Assembly: GCF_006345805.1 (NCBI RefSeq)
Contig: NC_043001.1
Coordinates: forward strand, 132,432,001 to 132,496,000
Length of the DNA stretch: 64,000 bases
DNA from: Octopus sinensis
Lineage: Eukaryota
Direction of reading: 5' to 3'
How positions within the stretch are numbered: the first letter of the stretch is position 1; each line of letters begins with the position of its first letter. A program made the translations under genes and the position numbers. Shown here one piece after another: positions 51,709-64,000 of this stretch. Below the pieces are notes generated by a model that did not search any database, was not told where the DNA came from, and saw only the letters and a list, made by a program, of their open reading frames with translations.

Positions 51709-52330
51709 GGCAGCCAGCTGGCAGAATTGTTAGCATGCCAGGCGAAATGCTTTGCGGTATATCGTCTGCTTGTTACATTCTGAGTTCAAATTCCGCCGAG
51801 GTCGACTTTGCCTTTCATTCTTTCGGGGTCGGTTAAATAAGTACCAGTTACGCACAAAGGTCAATATAATCTATTTAATCCGTTTGTCTATCCTTGTTTG
51901 TCCCCTCTATGTTTAGCCCCTTGTGGGCAATAAAGCAATAGGTATTTCGTCTGCTGTTACATTCTGAGTTCAAATTCTGCCGAGGTCGACTTTGCCTTTC
52001 ATCCTTTCGGGGTCAATAAATAAAGTACCGGTTGAGCACTGGGGTCGATGTAATCGACTTAATCCCTTTCTCAGTCCTTGTTTGTCCCCTCTATGTTTAT
52101 CCCCTTGTGGGTAGTAAAGAAATAAGAATTGTTAGCATGCTGGAGAAAATGCTCAGCAGCATTTTGTCTGTCATTATGTTCTGGGTTCAAATGCCACTGG
52201 GGCCAACTTTACCCTTCATCCATACAGGGTCAATAAAATAAGTACCAGTTGAGCACTAGGGTCAGTTCAATTAACTTAGCCCCTCTCCTGAAATTGCTGG
52301 CCTTGTGCCAAAATTCAAAACCAATATTTA
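51709..52330 (+). mobile_element. Nested trimer of B-family SINEs
   Basis: B tail joined at GGTATTTCGTC (51941) to a second B; 16-bp duplication AGAATTGTTAGCATGC (51723-51738, 52125-52140); ends in an older B'. Confidence 0.85.
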
Positions 52331-53112
52331 TTTCATTTGCTGTCATGATGTTGAATAAAGAGAAGATCACAGGACAAATGACAGAAATGGGGTTGGGGTT
52401 AAACAAAATTTATTACATAAAACAGATACAGAATAGCAAAGTATAGGAAAGGGATTTAACAAGACATCCCAACAGGAGAATAGATACTACTTAAGGTCAA
52501 TTAAGGAAACTCCTAGATCCAAGAATTCCTTGACTATCAATAACCATGAGCAAATGCTATGTTTTCCAGCCTACAGGTGAATGCAAAGAGTAGGACCCCT
52601 CTTGTGGACCATTCATGCCACTGTCACCTACCCTCTCACAAATTCACTGACGGACAGTAACTCTCTTTACATCATCACCTTTCTCTCCAGAAGAATATAC
52701 ACAGAGAAATGCTGCCAACAAGGTAAAAATCAGCCATGATTTCAGAGAGTTTTGTATTTAGCATAAAGATATTAAATTGGCTATCCATGGGAACTTCTAT
52801 AATTAAATGACCTAGTTCTCATACCTGAATATATTGAACAAACAGTGAAGAAATTCCAGACATTAATGCAAAGCTAAAAATCCAGAGACCTTAAAGTAAG
52901 TCTAGCAAAGACAAGGATTTTAGTTAGCAGGAAAGAAGAAAGGAGGCTAATACCATCTGTGAATAGACCATGTTCAAAGTGCCAAAAAGGAATAGGTAGG
53001 ATTTCAATAGGGTGTAACCAATTTAAACTATGGGTTTACATACAATAGGTGGAATCATAGGCAAGCTGACAACTGAAGGACTTTGTATGTAGTAGATGCA
53101 TTCATACAATAA

Positions 53113-53437
53113 CTGGAACTCCATTGGTTATGATGACGAGGGTTTCATTTGATCCAATCAATGGAACAGCCAGCTTGTGAAATTTAAGTGCAAGCGGCTG
53201 AGCACTCCACAGACACATGTACCTTTAACGTAGTTCTCAGGGAGATTCAGTGTAACACAGAATGTGACAAGGCTGGCTCTTTGAAATACAGGTGCTACTC
53301 ATTTTTCCCAGCTGACTAGATTGGAGATACATGAAATAAAGTGTCTTGCTCAAGGACATAATGCTTTGCCAGGAATTGAACTTATGACCTTACAATCATG
53401 AGCCAAATATCCTAACCACTAAGTCACGTACCTTCAC
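53113..53437 (-). mobile_element. Chimeric SINE: D head/centre with C 3' half
   Basis: Head and CCTTGAGCAAGACACTTTATTTC block as in 645-1015, then CCTGTATTTCAAAG..GAGAACTACGTT..GTGGAGTGCTCAGCC as in C. Confidence 0.8.
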
Positions 53438-53699
53438 TACTCATGCAATAAATTGTGAGTACAATACTTTCAAGACACCTCATTAGATTGCTCAATGCAT
53501 TAACTAATTCTGGGGAGCCCTCTAAAAATTTAAAACTCATGCAATAATTGTGTTAAATTTTCAGAGAGCTCCCTGAAATTACTTAATACATTTTGTTACT
53601 TAGGCAATCTTATGAGGTGTCTTGAAAGAATTGTACTCAAACTAAGAAAAGGAAGGATAAAGTTCATCAAACAAAGACAGAATGGAAGATAATTAAGTA

Positions 53700-54262
53700 C
53701 AAATATGATGCTGCATGGCAGTAAAATATGGGCATTGAAAGTGGAGGATATGCAAAGAATAAGAAAGAATGCTCCACTAGGTGTTAATGTTAGTAAGCAT
53801 GAACATCATCATCATCATCATCATTTAACGTCTGTTTTCCGCGCTAGCATGGGTTGGACGGTTCAACCGGGGTCTGGGAAGCCAGGAGGCTGCACCAGGC
53901 TCCAGTCTGATCCAGGAAGTACAAATGAACTGACAGAAAAAACTGGTTCTAAGAGGAATTAGAGGTAGTGCACAAGAGAGACTAAGTCAATATAGATGAT
54001 ACATATGAAGGCTGGTAATTAGGGAAAGAAAAAATGGCAAATAATTGAAGTTAAAGGAATTTACAGAAAAAGAAGACCAAGGAAAATATGTGAAGATATG
54101 GTGAAGGCTGATCTCAGGAGGCTGAATCTCTAGAAGGAGTTAAGAAAAGACTGCAATAAATGGCGTGACACTCTGCAGCGAATAGTGAACAGCAATGTTA
54201 AAGAAGACCTATCCAACCCATGCAAGTATAGCAAACCAAATGCAAAAAGGTAATGATGATGA
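53700..54262 (+). mobile_element. Old RTE LINE 3' relic
   Basis: MLHGSKIWALKVEDMQR..RPRKI..DMVKADLRRLNL; tail CCAACCCATGC..ATGATGAT. Confidence 0.7.
53805..53932 (-). mobile_element. Family E, 3' part, nested in the RTE relic
   Basis: (CAT)n-TTAACGTC..GCTAGCATGGGTTGGACGG. Confidence 0.82.
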
Positions 54263-54479
54263 TTGGTGGTATCTATACAACAAGCTTCTGTAAAGTTTCC
54301 ACTCATAAGGCATTAGTTAACTTGAGGTTATGGTAGAAGACACTTAACCAAGATGCCATACAATGACATCAAATTTTGAACCAAGTCATTGCAAAGCAAA
54401 TTTCTTAACCACACTGATGCTCTTTTTTTTATAAATCCTAAAATGAAGAATAGCAAAGTTATTACCAAAATCTTGTGAA

Positions 54480-55000
54480 CTCAGAACATAAAGAGATGTA
54501 TATAGATACTGCTAATGCATCAATTTTTGCCACTACCTTCTCTATAGCAAGCAAAATATACATGATAATTATATAACTAGAGAAGTATGTTAGCAAAAAC
54601 GAAGGCAGTCTTATATGTGCAACCAAGAAGATCAACAGAGAATAAATGCAGAGAAGAATTACAAAATCAAAAGGTAAGAATGAAAAACTGGCAAGAAAAT
54701 GTATTATAAGGTCAATTATACAAACAGATGAGGATAGAAAAAGGATAGTGCACTTGGATGAGAGATGGAGTACCAGAGACAGGAAATGGAAACCTTGATT
54801 ATTGCCACACAAAAGCAATCAACTAGAATAAACTTTGTTTAATGACAAAAGTGGACAGAAGCCAGAATGATATTAGAGTCAGATGTGAGGCAATGTTGAG
54901 GAAAATCTCAAATATATAGTGTATGGACATAACTAGATGTCACAAAAATGAAATGTAAGATGCAATATGATAGAGGAAAAGAAAATACACAGTGAAGGGA
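54480..55000 (+). pseudogene. Highly degenerate R4-type relic
   Basis: Frameshifted WQENVL*GQL, VPET, METLIIATQKQSTRINFV, KVDRSQND resemble W..PLHG, AETE..LIAAQDQS.RTN of younger copies. Confidence 0.55.
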
Positions 55001-55297
55001 GAGAAAATTTGATTCCAGTAGATAGTAAAGGGTACAGCTATAGTTCAAAAGATGTTGTTGAAATGCATGTTGTATGATAACAGGATTTCCCTGCAGAAAA
55101 TGAATAAGTAACAGAATTAGAGTGACCCAAAATTGTTTTAATGGAGAAAAAAAAAAGAAAAAGAAAATATGAATGGTCTTAGATTTTTCTATTATATTTA
55201 AGTAAATTTGAAAGAAAACAAAATAAAACAGTTTAAAAGCTTTTAAAGACTTTGCAAAAGGCTCTTTCAGAATAGATGGTAGTCATTTTGTAACAAT

Positions 55298-55682
55298 GAT
55301 GGAAGCACTCCATCGGTTACGACGACGAGGGTTCTGGTTGATCTGATCAACGGAACAGCCTGCTCGTGAAATTAACATGTAAGTGGCTGAGCACTCCACA
55401 GACACGTGTACCCTTAACGTAGTTCTCGGGGATATTCAGCGTGACACAGAGAGTGACAAGGCCGGCCCTATGAAATACAGGTACAACAGAAACAGGAAAT
55501 AAGAGTGAGAGAAAGTTGTGGTGAAAGAGTACAGCAGGGATCACCACCATCCCTGCCAGAGCCTCGTGGAGCTTTAGGTGTTTTCGCTCAATAAACACTC
55601 ACAACGCCCAGTCTGGGAATCGAAACCGCGATCCTACGACCGCGAGTCCGCTGCCCTAACCACTGGGCTATTGCGCCTCCAC
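55298..55682 (-). mobile_element. SINE C (full length)
   Basis: 12-bp TSD TTTTGTAACAAT (55286-55297, 55683-55694). Confidence 0.92.
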
Positions 55683-55879
55683 TTTTGTAACAATACACAA
55701 CAGTTCTAATGTCTCTAATTAGGTTTGCTACAAGTGCTGCTATGATAGCTATGACTTTTACCTATATGTCTCAGGGCTTCTTTGCATGTACCCGAGTTGT
55801 TTCTTACCAAGAATCTTGCTTGACATTCCATCTCTTCACCTTTATGAAATAATAACAATAAAAATAATAATCAAGCCTA

Positions 55880-56345
55880 CAGAAGATGCTTGTCACTGTC
55901 ACATAACTGTTACCCATGCTGGTGGCACATAAAATGCACCTTTCAAGTGCTGGGCCTCATGGAGGCAATGTGACCAATGCTGGTGTTGCAGTGCTAGCAA
56001 CCATGCCAGTGGCACATAAAAAGCACCTTTCAAGTGCTGGGCCTCACAGAGACAATAACAAATGAATTAGACTCTTGGTAATATGCTGTGCTTGAAAAGG
56101 AAGATCCATCGAGCCAAGTGAAATCATAGTCATGACAGATACTGGTGTCACACAATTGGCGCCGGTGCTGATGGCACATAAAAGCACCCATTACTCTCAG
56201 AGTGGTTGGTGTTAGGAAGGGCATCGAGCCATAGAAACCATGCCAAATTCAGACTGGAATCTGGTGCAGCCCCTCAGCTTACCAAATCTGGCCAAACTGT
56301 CCAACTTATGTTAGCTTGGACAACAGATATGATGATGATGATTAT
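55880..56345 (+). mobile_element. Family E, older copy with internal duplication
   Basis: GGCACATAAAA..GCACC motif repeated three times, then the E 3' half and a (GAT)n tail. Confidence 0.7.
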
Positions 56346-56662
56346 GATGATAAGCATACACAAATCATTATCCAATAAAACGACAGAAACTCAACGCAAT
56401 AATACACAAACCATAGAGCACATACTCTACATCAGTGGACCATAACCTGGTGGATAGTGTTACTTTAGTAGGTGCCATGAACGTACAAGTAGGTAGAAAA
56501 TATCAAGAGAAGTGCTCTGGGTACGTGAGGTGTCTAGAGAGGTTGATGGTTTTTTTGTTTTTAGAGAAATAAAATATTTAAATCAGGAACAATACTTATA
56601 TACTTTTAAACATATTTTGTACAATGAACTTTGTTGGGATTATGCAATGGAAAAAAAGGTAA

Positions 56663-57414
56663 TAGAGGGATTTTTAATTGCAGCACAAGACCAAAGCCTC
56701 CCCACCAGAAATTACCAAAAACATGTAATGAAAAGAAATATTACAAGTAACTGCAGAATATGTGGAGATAGACAAGAAACAATAAATCATATTATCTCTA
56801 GCTGCCCAGTCCTGGCTAAGAAGGAATATATTCACAGACATGACAGAGTTGGAACCTACATACATTGGAAGCTATGCCAACATTATGGAATAACAACAGA
56901 AAAAGATGGTATAGGCACACACCAGAAAAGGTCACAGAAAACGAGAAAGCAACCATACTCTGGGATATGCCGATACACACAGATAGAGAAATTAAGGCCA
57001 ACAGACCCGATATAGTTGTCAGAGATCATGAAGAAAAAAAATGCTTTCTAATTGATGTATCAATACCGGCTGATGACAACGTGTCTCTAAAAGAAATGGA
57101 GAAACTCTCAAAATACAAAGACCTGGAAATAGAGGTAACTAGAATGTGGAACCTGAAAACAGAAACAATTCCTATCATAGTAGGTGCATTAGGCATGATA
57201 AAAAAATATTCAGACAAATACATAACAAAAACACCAGGACTTACAAACACATATAACATACAGAAAATTGCACTACTAGGCACTGCACACATCCTATGCA
57301 GAACACTTTCCATACAATAACCATCAGAGCATCACAACAAATCACAGCACATATCCAAGGCACACAGAGCTGCGCTCGGTAGTGAAGTGAAAGCACGCTA
57401 TAAAAAACTACTGA
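56663..57414 (+). mobile_element. R4/Dong-clade LINE, 5'-truncated (young subfamily)
   Basis: CRICGDRQETINHIISSC (CCHC knuckle) plus RPDIVV..IDVSIP..KYKDLE; nearly identical to 27640-28359. Confidence 0.93.
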
Positions 57415-57458
57415 ATAATAATAACAATAATAACAATAATAATAATAACAATAATAAA

Positions 57459-57520
<62 letters not shown>

Positions 57521-57536
57521 TAATAATAATAATAAC

Positions 57537-57594
<58 letters not shown>

Positions 57595-57618
57595 GTAATA
57601 ATAATAATAATAATAATG

Positions 57619-57652
<34 letters not shown>

Positions 57653-57751
57653 TAATAATAATAATAAAAATAATAATAATAATGAAAATAATAATAATGA
57701 TAATAATAATAATGATAATGATAATAATAACAATAATAATAATAATAAAAA

Positions 57752-57814
<63 letters not shown>

Positions 57815-57838
57815 TAATAATAATAATAATAATGATAA
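57415..57838. repeat. ~420-bp (AAT)n array with AAC/GAT/AAA variants
   Basis: Seen directly; follows the R4 terminus. Confidence 0.95.
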
Positions 57839-58569
57839 TTTTGTAAAAAGGTATAATAGATCTCTGCATACAAGTAGAATTCTGTTTGATTAAAATCATC
57901 TTTTTTTGTTGTTATTTTACCTTTGTAAAACATGTGGAGTGGACATTCGTAAAACACCATTCATTGACAAAGGAAGCCGAATTACAAAATATTGAGAAGC
58001 ACTCTCAACACAATCACCACGAGCCAAGAGGATAAGCACAACACACACTCTTGCATAATAAACATCCAAAACTATAACATCCCACACACCACCAACAACT
58101 CACATTTTATATAACTACCATCCAATATAACAAAAGCTATGAAGACCACACAGCACGTTTCCACAATCACTACCTGATACTAGAACACATAACGTTGATT
58201 GTACAACACATATGAAACAGAACCATAATTCACCACTATAACACAATTCACATTGTACTCATTCTATACAACAATCTCTTTGGTTTCATGGTACACCAGA
58301 GGTCAAATGAAAAAAATTACTGAAACATTTTACATGTAGAGTTAGGAGAAAATTGTCTCAAAAGTTGAAGATAAATTTTTTAAAATAGAAAAAAAAAACA
58401 ATTGTTTACCCAGCTTTATTAATCACTGAACTCAAGTCTTTTAGCTTTTATCTTTTACTTGTTACAGTCATCAGGCTGCAGCCATGCTGGAGCACTGCAT
58501 TGAAGAATTTTCAGTCAAGTGAATCAACCCTAGTATTTACTGTTTTTTAAAGCTTAGTACTTATAGGTG

Positions 58570-58742
58570 TAGGCATAGAAGTGGCTGTGTGGTAAGTAGC
58601 TTGCTTACGAACCACATGGTTCTGGGTTCAGTCCCACTGCGTGGCACCTTGAGCAAGTGTCTTCTACTATAGCCTCGGGCCGACCAAAGCCTTGTGAGTG
58701 GATTTGGTAGACGGAAACTGTAAGAAGCCCGTCGTATATATG

Positions 58743-58781
<39 letters not shown>

Positions 58782-59005
58782 TTGTGTGTCTGTGTTTGTC
58801 CCCCTAGCATTGCTTGACAACCAATGCTGGTGTGTTTACGTCCACGTTACTTAGCGGTTCAGCAAAAGAGACCGATAGAATAAGTAGTGGGCTTACAAAA
58901 GAATAAGTCCTGGGGTTGAGTTGCTCGATTAAAGGCGGTGCTCCAGCATGGCCACAGTCAAAATGACTGAAACAAGTAAAAGAATAAAAGAAAGAAAAGA
59001 ATAAA
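58570..59005 (+). mobile_element. SINE A (young-type body)
   Basis: Full length, extended purine-rich tail. Confidence 0.9.
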
Positions 59006-59199
59006 ATTTTTTAAATAGAAAAAAAAAACAATTGTTTACCCAGCTTTATTAATCACTGAACTCAAGTCTTTTAGCTTTTATCTTTTACTTGTTACAGTCA
59101 TCAGGCTGCAGCCATGCTGGAGCACTGCATTGAAGAATTTTCAGTCAAGTGAATCAACCCTAGTATTTACTGTTTTTTAAAGCTTAGTACTTATAGGTG

Positions 59200-59607
59200 T
59201 AGGCATAGAAGTGGCTGTGTGGCAAGTAGCTTGCTTACGAACCACATGGTTCTTGGTTCAGTACCACTGCGTGGCACCCTGGGCAAGTGTCTTCTACTAT
59301 AGCCTCAGGCTGACCAAAGCCTTGTGAGTGGATTTGGTAGATGGAAACTGAAAGAAGCCCGTCGTATATATGTATATATATAATGTATATGAATGTGTGT
59401 GTATATGCTTGTGTGTCGGTGTCCTCCCAACATCACTTGACAACTGATGCTGGTGTGTTTACGTCACCGTAACTTAGCAGTTCAGCAAAAGAGACCGATA
59501 GAATAAGTACTAGGCTTACAAAGAATAAGTTCTGGGGTCGATTTGCTCCACTAAAGGCAGTGCTCCAGCATGGTCACAGTCAAATGATTGAAACAAGTAA
59601 AAGAGTA
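59200..59607 (+). mobile_element. SINE A (more diverged body)
   Basis: Head nearly identical to the 58570 copy; body differs. Confidence 0.88.
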
Positions 59608-59611
59608 TACT

Positions 59612-59878
59612 ATCAGTCTCTTTTGCCAAACTACTGTTATGGGGATGTAAACATAACAATACCAGTTGTCAAGCAGTAGAGTAGGACACATACACAAACA
59701 CACACGCACATTTCATGATGGGCTTCTTTCAGTTTCCGTTTACCAAAGCCACTCACAAGGCTTTGGACTGCAGCTATAGTAGAAGACACTTTCAAAAGGT
59801 GCCACACAGTGGGACTGAACCTAGCACCATGTCGTTAGGAAACAGGCTTCTTACCACACAGTCACACCTGTGCCTAGG
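59612..59878 (-). mobile_element. SINE A, 3'-incomplete, opposite orientation
   Basis: Reverse complement of the A head and body. Confidence 0.75.
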
Positions 59879-60310
59879 TAGCAAAGTTAAGAATAAAATG
59901 CTTATTTAAGATGCTCACGCACTAATGTACACTTTCTGAAGTTTTAAATAATACTTTTTTTAAATCTACAGCATACCTGGATATGCTTTACAGTGCACTA
60001 CTGTGTCACAATGCACCTATGTCCTGCAGAATACCAATGCATTGTGGCACACTGATTAAAAATACCACTCAAGTAATATCAGAGAAAAACAAACACCACA
60101 CTAAAGCAAAAGAGATGCAACATACAAAGACAACTCTGAAAAGCTGAAAAAAAAAAGAGAAGCAATACAGCAGATAGATTAGGAACAGAGAAGAGCACCT
60201 AGGGGCCCATAAAACTGTTGAAAACAAGATAGAAATAATAATAAACCTAGAATATAGTGTTATATATTTTTAACATCTGTTAATTGGAGATCATAAGAGA
60301 TATCAAGATA

Positions 60311-60677
60311 TCTTCTTCTTCTTCTCCTTCTTCTTCTTCCTTTTCTTTTTCTTCTACTTCTTCCTTTTCTTCCTTTTCTACCTCTACTTCTTCTTCCTTT
60401 TCTTCCTTTTCTTCTTCTTCTTCTACTTCTTCCTTTTCTTCCTTTTCTTCTTCTACTTCTTCTTCCTTTTCTTCTTCTTCTTCTACTTCTTCTTCTTCTT
60501 CTTCTTCTACTTCTTCTTCTTCTTCCTTTTCTTCCTCTTCTTCTTCTACTTCTTCCTTTTCTTCCTTTTCTTCTACTTCTTCCTTTTCTTCCTGTTCTTC
60601 TACTTCTTCTTCTTCTCCTTCTTCTTCTTCTTCTCTTCTTCTTCTTCTTCTTCTTCTTCTCTTCCTCCTCCTCCTCC
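60311..60677. repeat. (CTT)n-derived polypyrimidine/polypurine tract
   Basis: ~365 bp of almost pure C/T with recurring CTTCTACTTCTTCCTTTT units. Confidence 0.93.
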
Positions 60678-61099
60678 TTCATATTACACTGAAGTAGTTT
60701 CTTTATTATCACTTATTATCTCAATATTGACATTCTCACTACAGAATCCATGTCTGGCAGATCTACGTTGCAGATCTTTTGTGTAGTTTCCTTTGTAAAA
60801 GTGTAATTTCAATGAAAAGCCTTAATTATACAGGCAGTTGTTTAAAAGCATAGTCTTCAAAACAAACATTCACTTAACTAGCCACTATCATGAGAAGAAT
60901 GTCCCTTATATCTTATGCTTCTTTAAGAGATATTGACAAATATATGTCATACGTTAGCTTTTATTTGATTTTGTGTTGCATTTTATATTCTACTCCAAGA
61001 TTATCAAAAGAAGAAAGCTATTTGCCAATACAAAGATTAAACTACAACCATCTATACATTTATAGATTTATATATTTATGCTGTTATCAATAAATTTTT

Positions 61100-61288
61100 A
61101 TAATATATGCTGATACAGACTTGGATATATTTATACGCATAGATACGAACATAGACATATGTATACAAACTGACATATGTATATGAATGTATGAAATTTG
61201 TCTATATAGATGTAAACATTCCAATATTGGTAGGTGTAAATGAATATAAATGTATATATACAAAAATATTTACAAAATTATACACACA

Positions 61289-61332
<44 letters not shown>

Positions 61333-61569
61333 ATATCTGTGTGTGTGTGTGGTGTGTGTGTATATATGTATATATATGATATATGTATCTGCATAGATAG
61401 ATAGATAGACAGACAGATATGTATGGGTACATAAAGATATAAAGATACGTACATATACATTACATATAAGTATGTGTGCATGTGCATATATCTGTATGTA
61501 TGCATAAGAAATTCCAGGTGAGTACTTGATAATTGTATGTATGCATATGTGGATATATATGTATATATC

Positions 61570-61612
<43 letters not shown>

Positions 61613-62009
61613 ATATAAATCATCATCATCATCGTTTAACATCCACTTTCCATGCTAGCATGGTATATATATATACATATATATATATGCACACACACAT
61701 ATATATATGTATATATGCATATATATAAATGCATATATATGTATTTATATAAGTCATACATGCATATTTATATAAATATATATTTATATTATATATATAT
61801 ATATATTTACAAACATATATATATACATGCATATATATGTATATATATATATGTGTATGTATTTGTATGTAGATATATATATATATATATACATATACAT
61901 ACATACACATATATATATATGTGCGTGTGTGTGTGTGTGTATGTATATGTATATATGATATATAATATACATACACTTACATGGCAGATATACCTATATA
62001 TTCAAATAC

Positions 62010-62042
<33 letters not shown>

Positions 62043-62464
62043 GTATGTATGTATGTATGTATGTATGTATGTATGCATGTATGTATTGTATATGTATATA
62101 TATATGTATACTTACATATATATACAGATATATGTACGTATATATGAAGAGTTATGTATATAAAGGAAGGAACTACTTAAAAAAGGATTAAATGCATAAT
62201 TTTTTTTTCTTTCTTTTATGATACAACTCCTCCATTTTTAACATTCATTCTTCAAAACAAACATAGAAAGAAATTGAATTGTTCTTTGTTTACTGTACCA
62301 ACCAATTAATCATGTGTCTTATGAGACAGGAAACTTAGAAATTGTTTGCCTGTTGGTTATTCTTTAGTTATTTCCATGCCAGTCATTCAACCTACACAAT
62401 GGTATACCATTCAAAATGTAAGGCATAACATATATGTAATATACACGATATATATATGTAAGAA

Positions 62465-62521
<57 letters not shown>

Positions 62522-63626
62522 ATACATATGTATATATGTATGTATGTAATATGTATGTATGTATTTATGTATGTATGTATGTATGTATCTTTCTAACATA
62601 CATAATAAGCTATCTACATACACACGTATATACACATGGCTGTGCATATACGTATACATATATGTATGTGTGTGTGTGTATCATGTGTCCAAATATATAT
62701 GAACATGTCTATGTGTGATTGTGTATAATATATGTATGTATGTTGTGTAGATAATATATATGGTGTGTGTGTGGGTATATATATATATATGTATATATGT
62801 GTTATATATATATATAATATATATATATATATATGTATATATTATATATATATGTATATGATATGTATGTATCTATATATTTACATATAATCATACATAC
62901 ATATGTTGTAAACATATAACGTAAATTGAATTGAAATGACAGGAGAGGTGGAATAAGTAAATAAACAGTGAAAGAAAGAAAGCAAGAGAAAGTGAGAGTC
63001 AGTGAAACAGAGAGAGAGAGTGAGAAAAAAGAGACAGACAGACAGACAGAGAGAGAGAAATGAGCGATGCAAAAATATATAGTAAGAGAGCAAGAGAGGA
63101 GAATTGATAGAAAAATTTGTAAGCTACAAGGCAGTAATCGAAAATAAACGAATATGCCTTCTTGAACTTTTCATTTAACAGAACAGAAACATAGAAATAG
63201 TTTACAAAGAACAAAGAAGTTCTTAGGTTGTTGTTAATTTTTGTTTTCTTCTTTGATGGTATTTTTTTTTTTTTTTTTTTTTTTTTCAGAATATAGTGAG
63301 ATAAGAACTGAAAATGTTACTCCACAGAGATATTTTCATTGCTAAATAGCAACGAACAAATTTTGTAACTTAATTTTTATTCATGTATTTGTCGATAAAT
63401 TTTGTTGTCAGTTCTGTTGTGTTGTGTTGTGTTGTTTTTTTCTTTTTTTTTTTTTTATTTTTTTTTTTACTTTTTTTCTATCTTTTAAAACAAATTCTAA
63501 TGTTATGCACGTGCAGATATATGTTCATAGGCACACACCACACAGACAAAAAAGCAAATACATACATTTATGCATATATATATATATATATGTATGTATA
63601 TATATATAGATATATATATACACACA

Positions 63627-63657
<31 letters not shown>

Positions 63658-63790
63658 TTTATATATATATATATATGAATGTATCTATACATATGTGTGT
63701 TTCTATGCATGTGTGTGTTTACATGTGTATCAGAGTAATATTCATACATAAATACATACATACATTTTCTCTCATATATGTGGACATCTG
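61100..63790. repeat. Dense (AT)/(GT)/(ATGT)/(GA) microsatellite field
   Basis: Seen directly; source of the many poly-I/Y ORFs. Confidence 0.92.
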
Positions 63791-64000
63791 AATGTTATCA
63801 CATGAATAAGTTTATGTAGCAAATTAAAAGACAATCTAAACTTCTTTTTATATCATATAGTAAAAAAAAGTAACTTATTCTAAATTTGTATGTTAATATT
63901 TAATTTATCAGTATATATCATTATTTTCATGTGTGAAATTATATTTAATATTAAGAAATTTTATTCATATGTTCTGTGATGCATGTAACCTTTTAATCTG

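Noticed and set aside
56651-56666. TSD for the 56663 R4 copy (AAAAAGGTAATAGA versus AAAAAGGTATAATAGA at about 57845)
   Set aside because: It needs an indel and is offset from the array end in A-rich DNA. This copy also lacks a 5' TAA flank, a counter-example to strict TAA targeting.
57241-57960. Long poly-N/I/Y/L ORFs (also 25650-26918, 31608-31883, 38858-39223, 61191-63791)
   Set aside because: They are translations of (AAT)n, (AT)n and (GT)n microsatellites in several frames, with no coding signature.
57960-58300. CA-rich relic of a LINE endonuclease
   Set aside because: Only a vague resemblance (QEDK..INIQNYNI); too degenerate to support.
60260-60712. 150-aa Arg/Lys-rich protamine-like ORF
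   Set aside because: It is entirely the GAA-type repeat; the opposite strand is equally open and there is no non-repetitive coding context.
40058-62417. Plus-strand small-exon candidates at 40058-40068, 52691-52722 and 62368-62417
   Set aside because: Plausible AG/GT boundaries, but too few to build a chain, and 52691 lies in what looks like repeat-derived DNA. Kept as a measure of the false-positive rate for the minus-strand candidates.

Overview
AT-rich, gene-poor eukaryotic DNA. Its SINE families and microsatellite load match what I recall of octopus-type cephalopod genomes (recognition, not a database result). I find no intact long protein-coding gene, rRNA, true tRNA or CRISPR array. 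Nearly all ORF-track entries are antisense or low-complexity readings of repeats. The window is a layered transposon landscape. SINEs: four tRNA-headed families (labelled A-D here) and an RTE-tailed short element (E). Unclassified: a ~550-bp (TAA)n-flanked non-coding family (F). LINEs: at least eight fragments of R4/Dong-clade RLE retrotransposons, the younger ones tied to (TAA)n arrays, and three RTE fragments. DNA transposons: one full-length dead hAT (Charlie/Buster-type) element with TIRs and TSD, a mariner relic, and mariner- and piggyBac-type MITEs. Highlights: (1) a perfect 64-bp-arm palindrome whose right arm folds as a type I hammerhead ribozyme; (2) a TAA-associated R4/F system with a chimeric F copy; (3) an ATACC/GGTAT target preference of SINE B, including self-nesting; (4) a ~220-250-bp apparent target duplication around a chimeric SINE; (5) a tentative chain of phase-compatible minus-strand micro-exons that may be the host gene. 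Ends of degenerate repeats are approximate (about +/-10-20 bp). TSD, TIR, palindrome and exon coordinates were counted directly.
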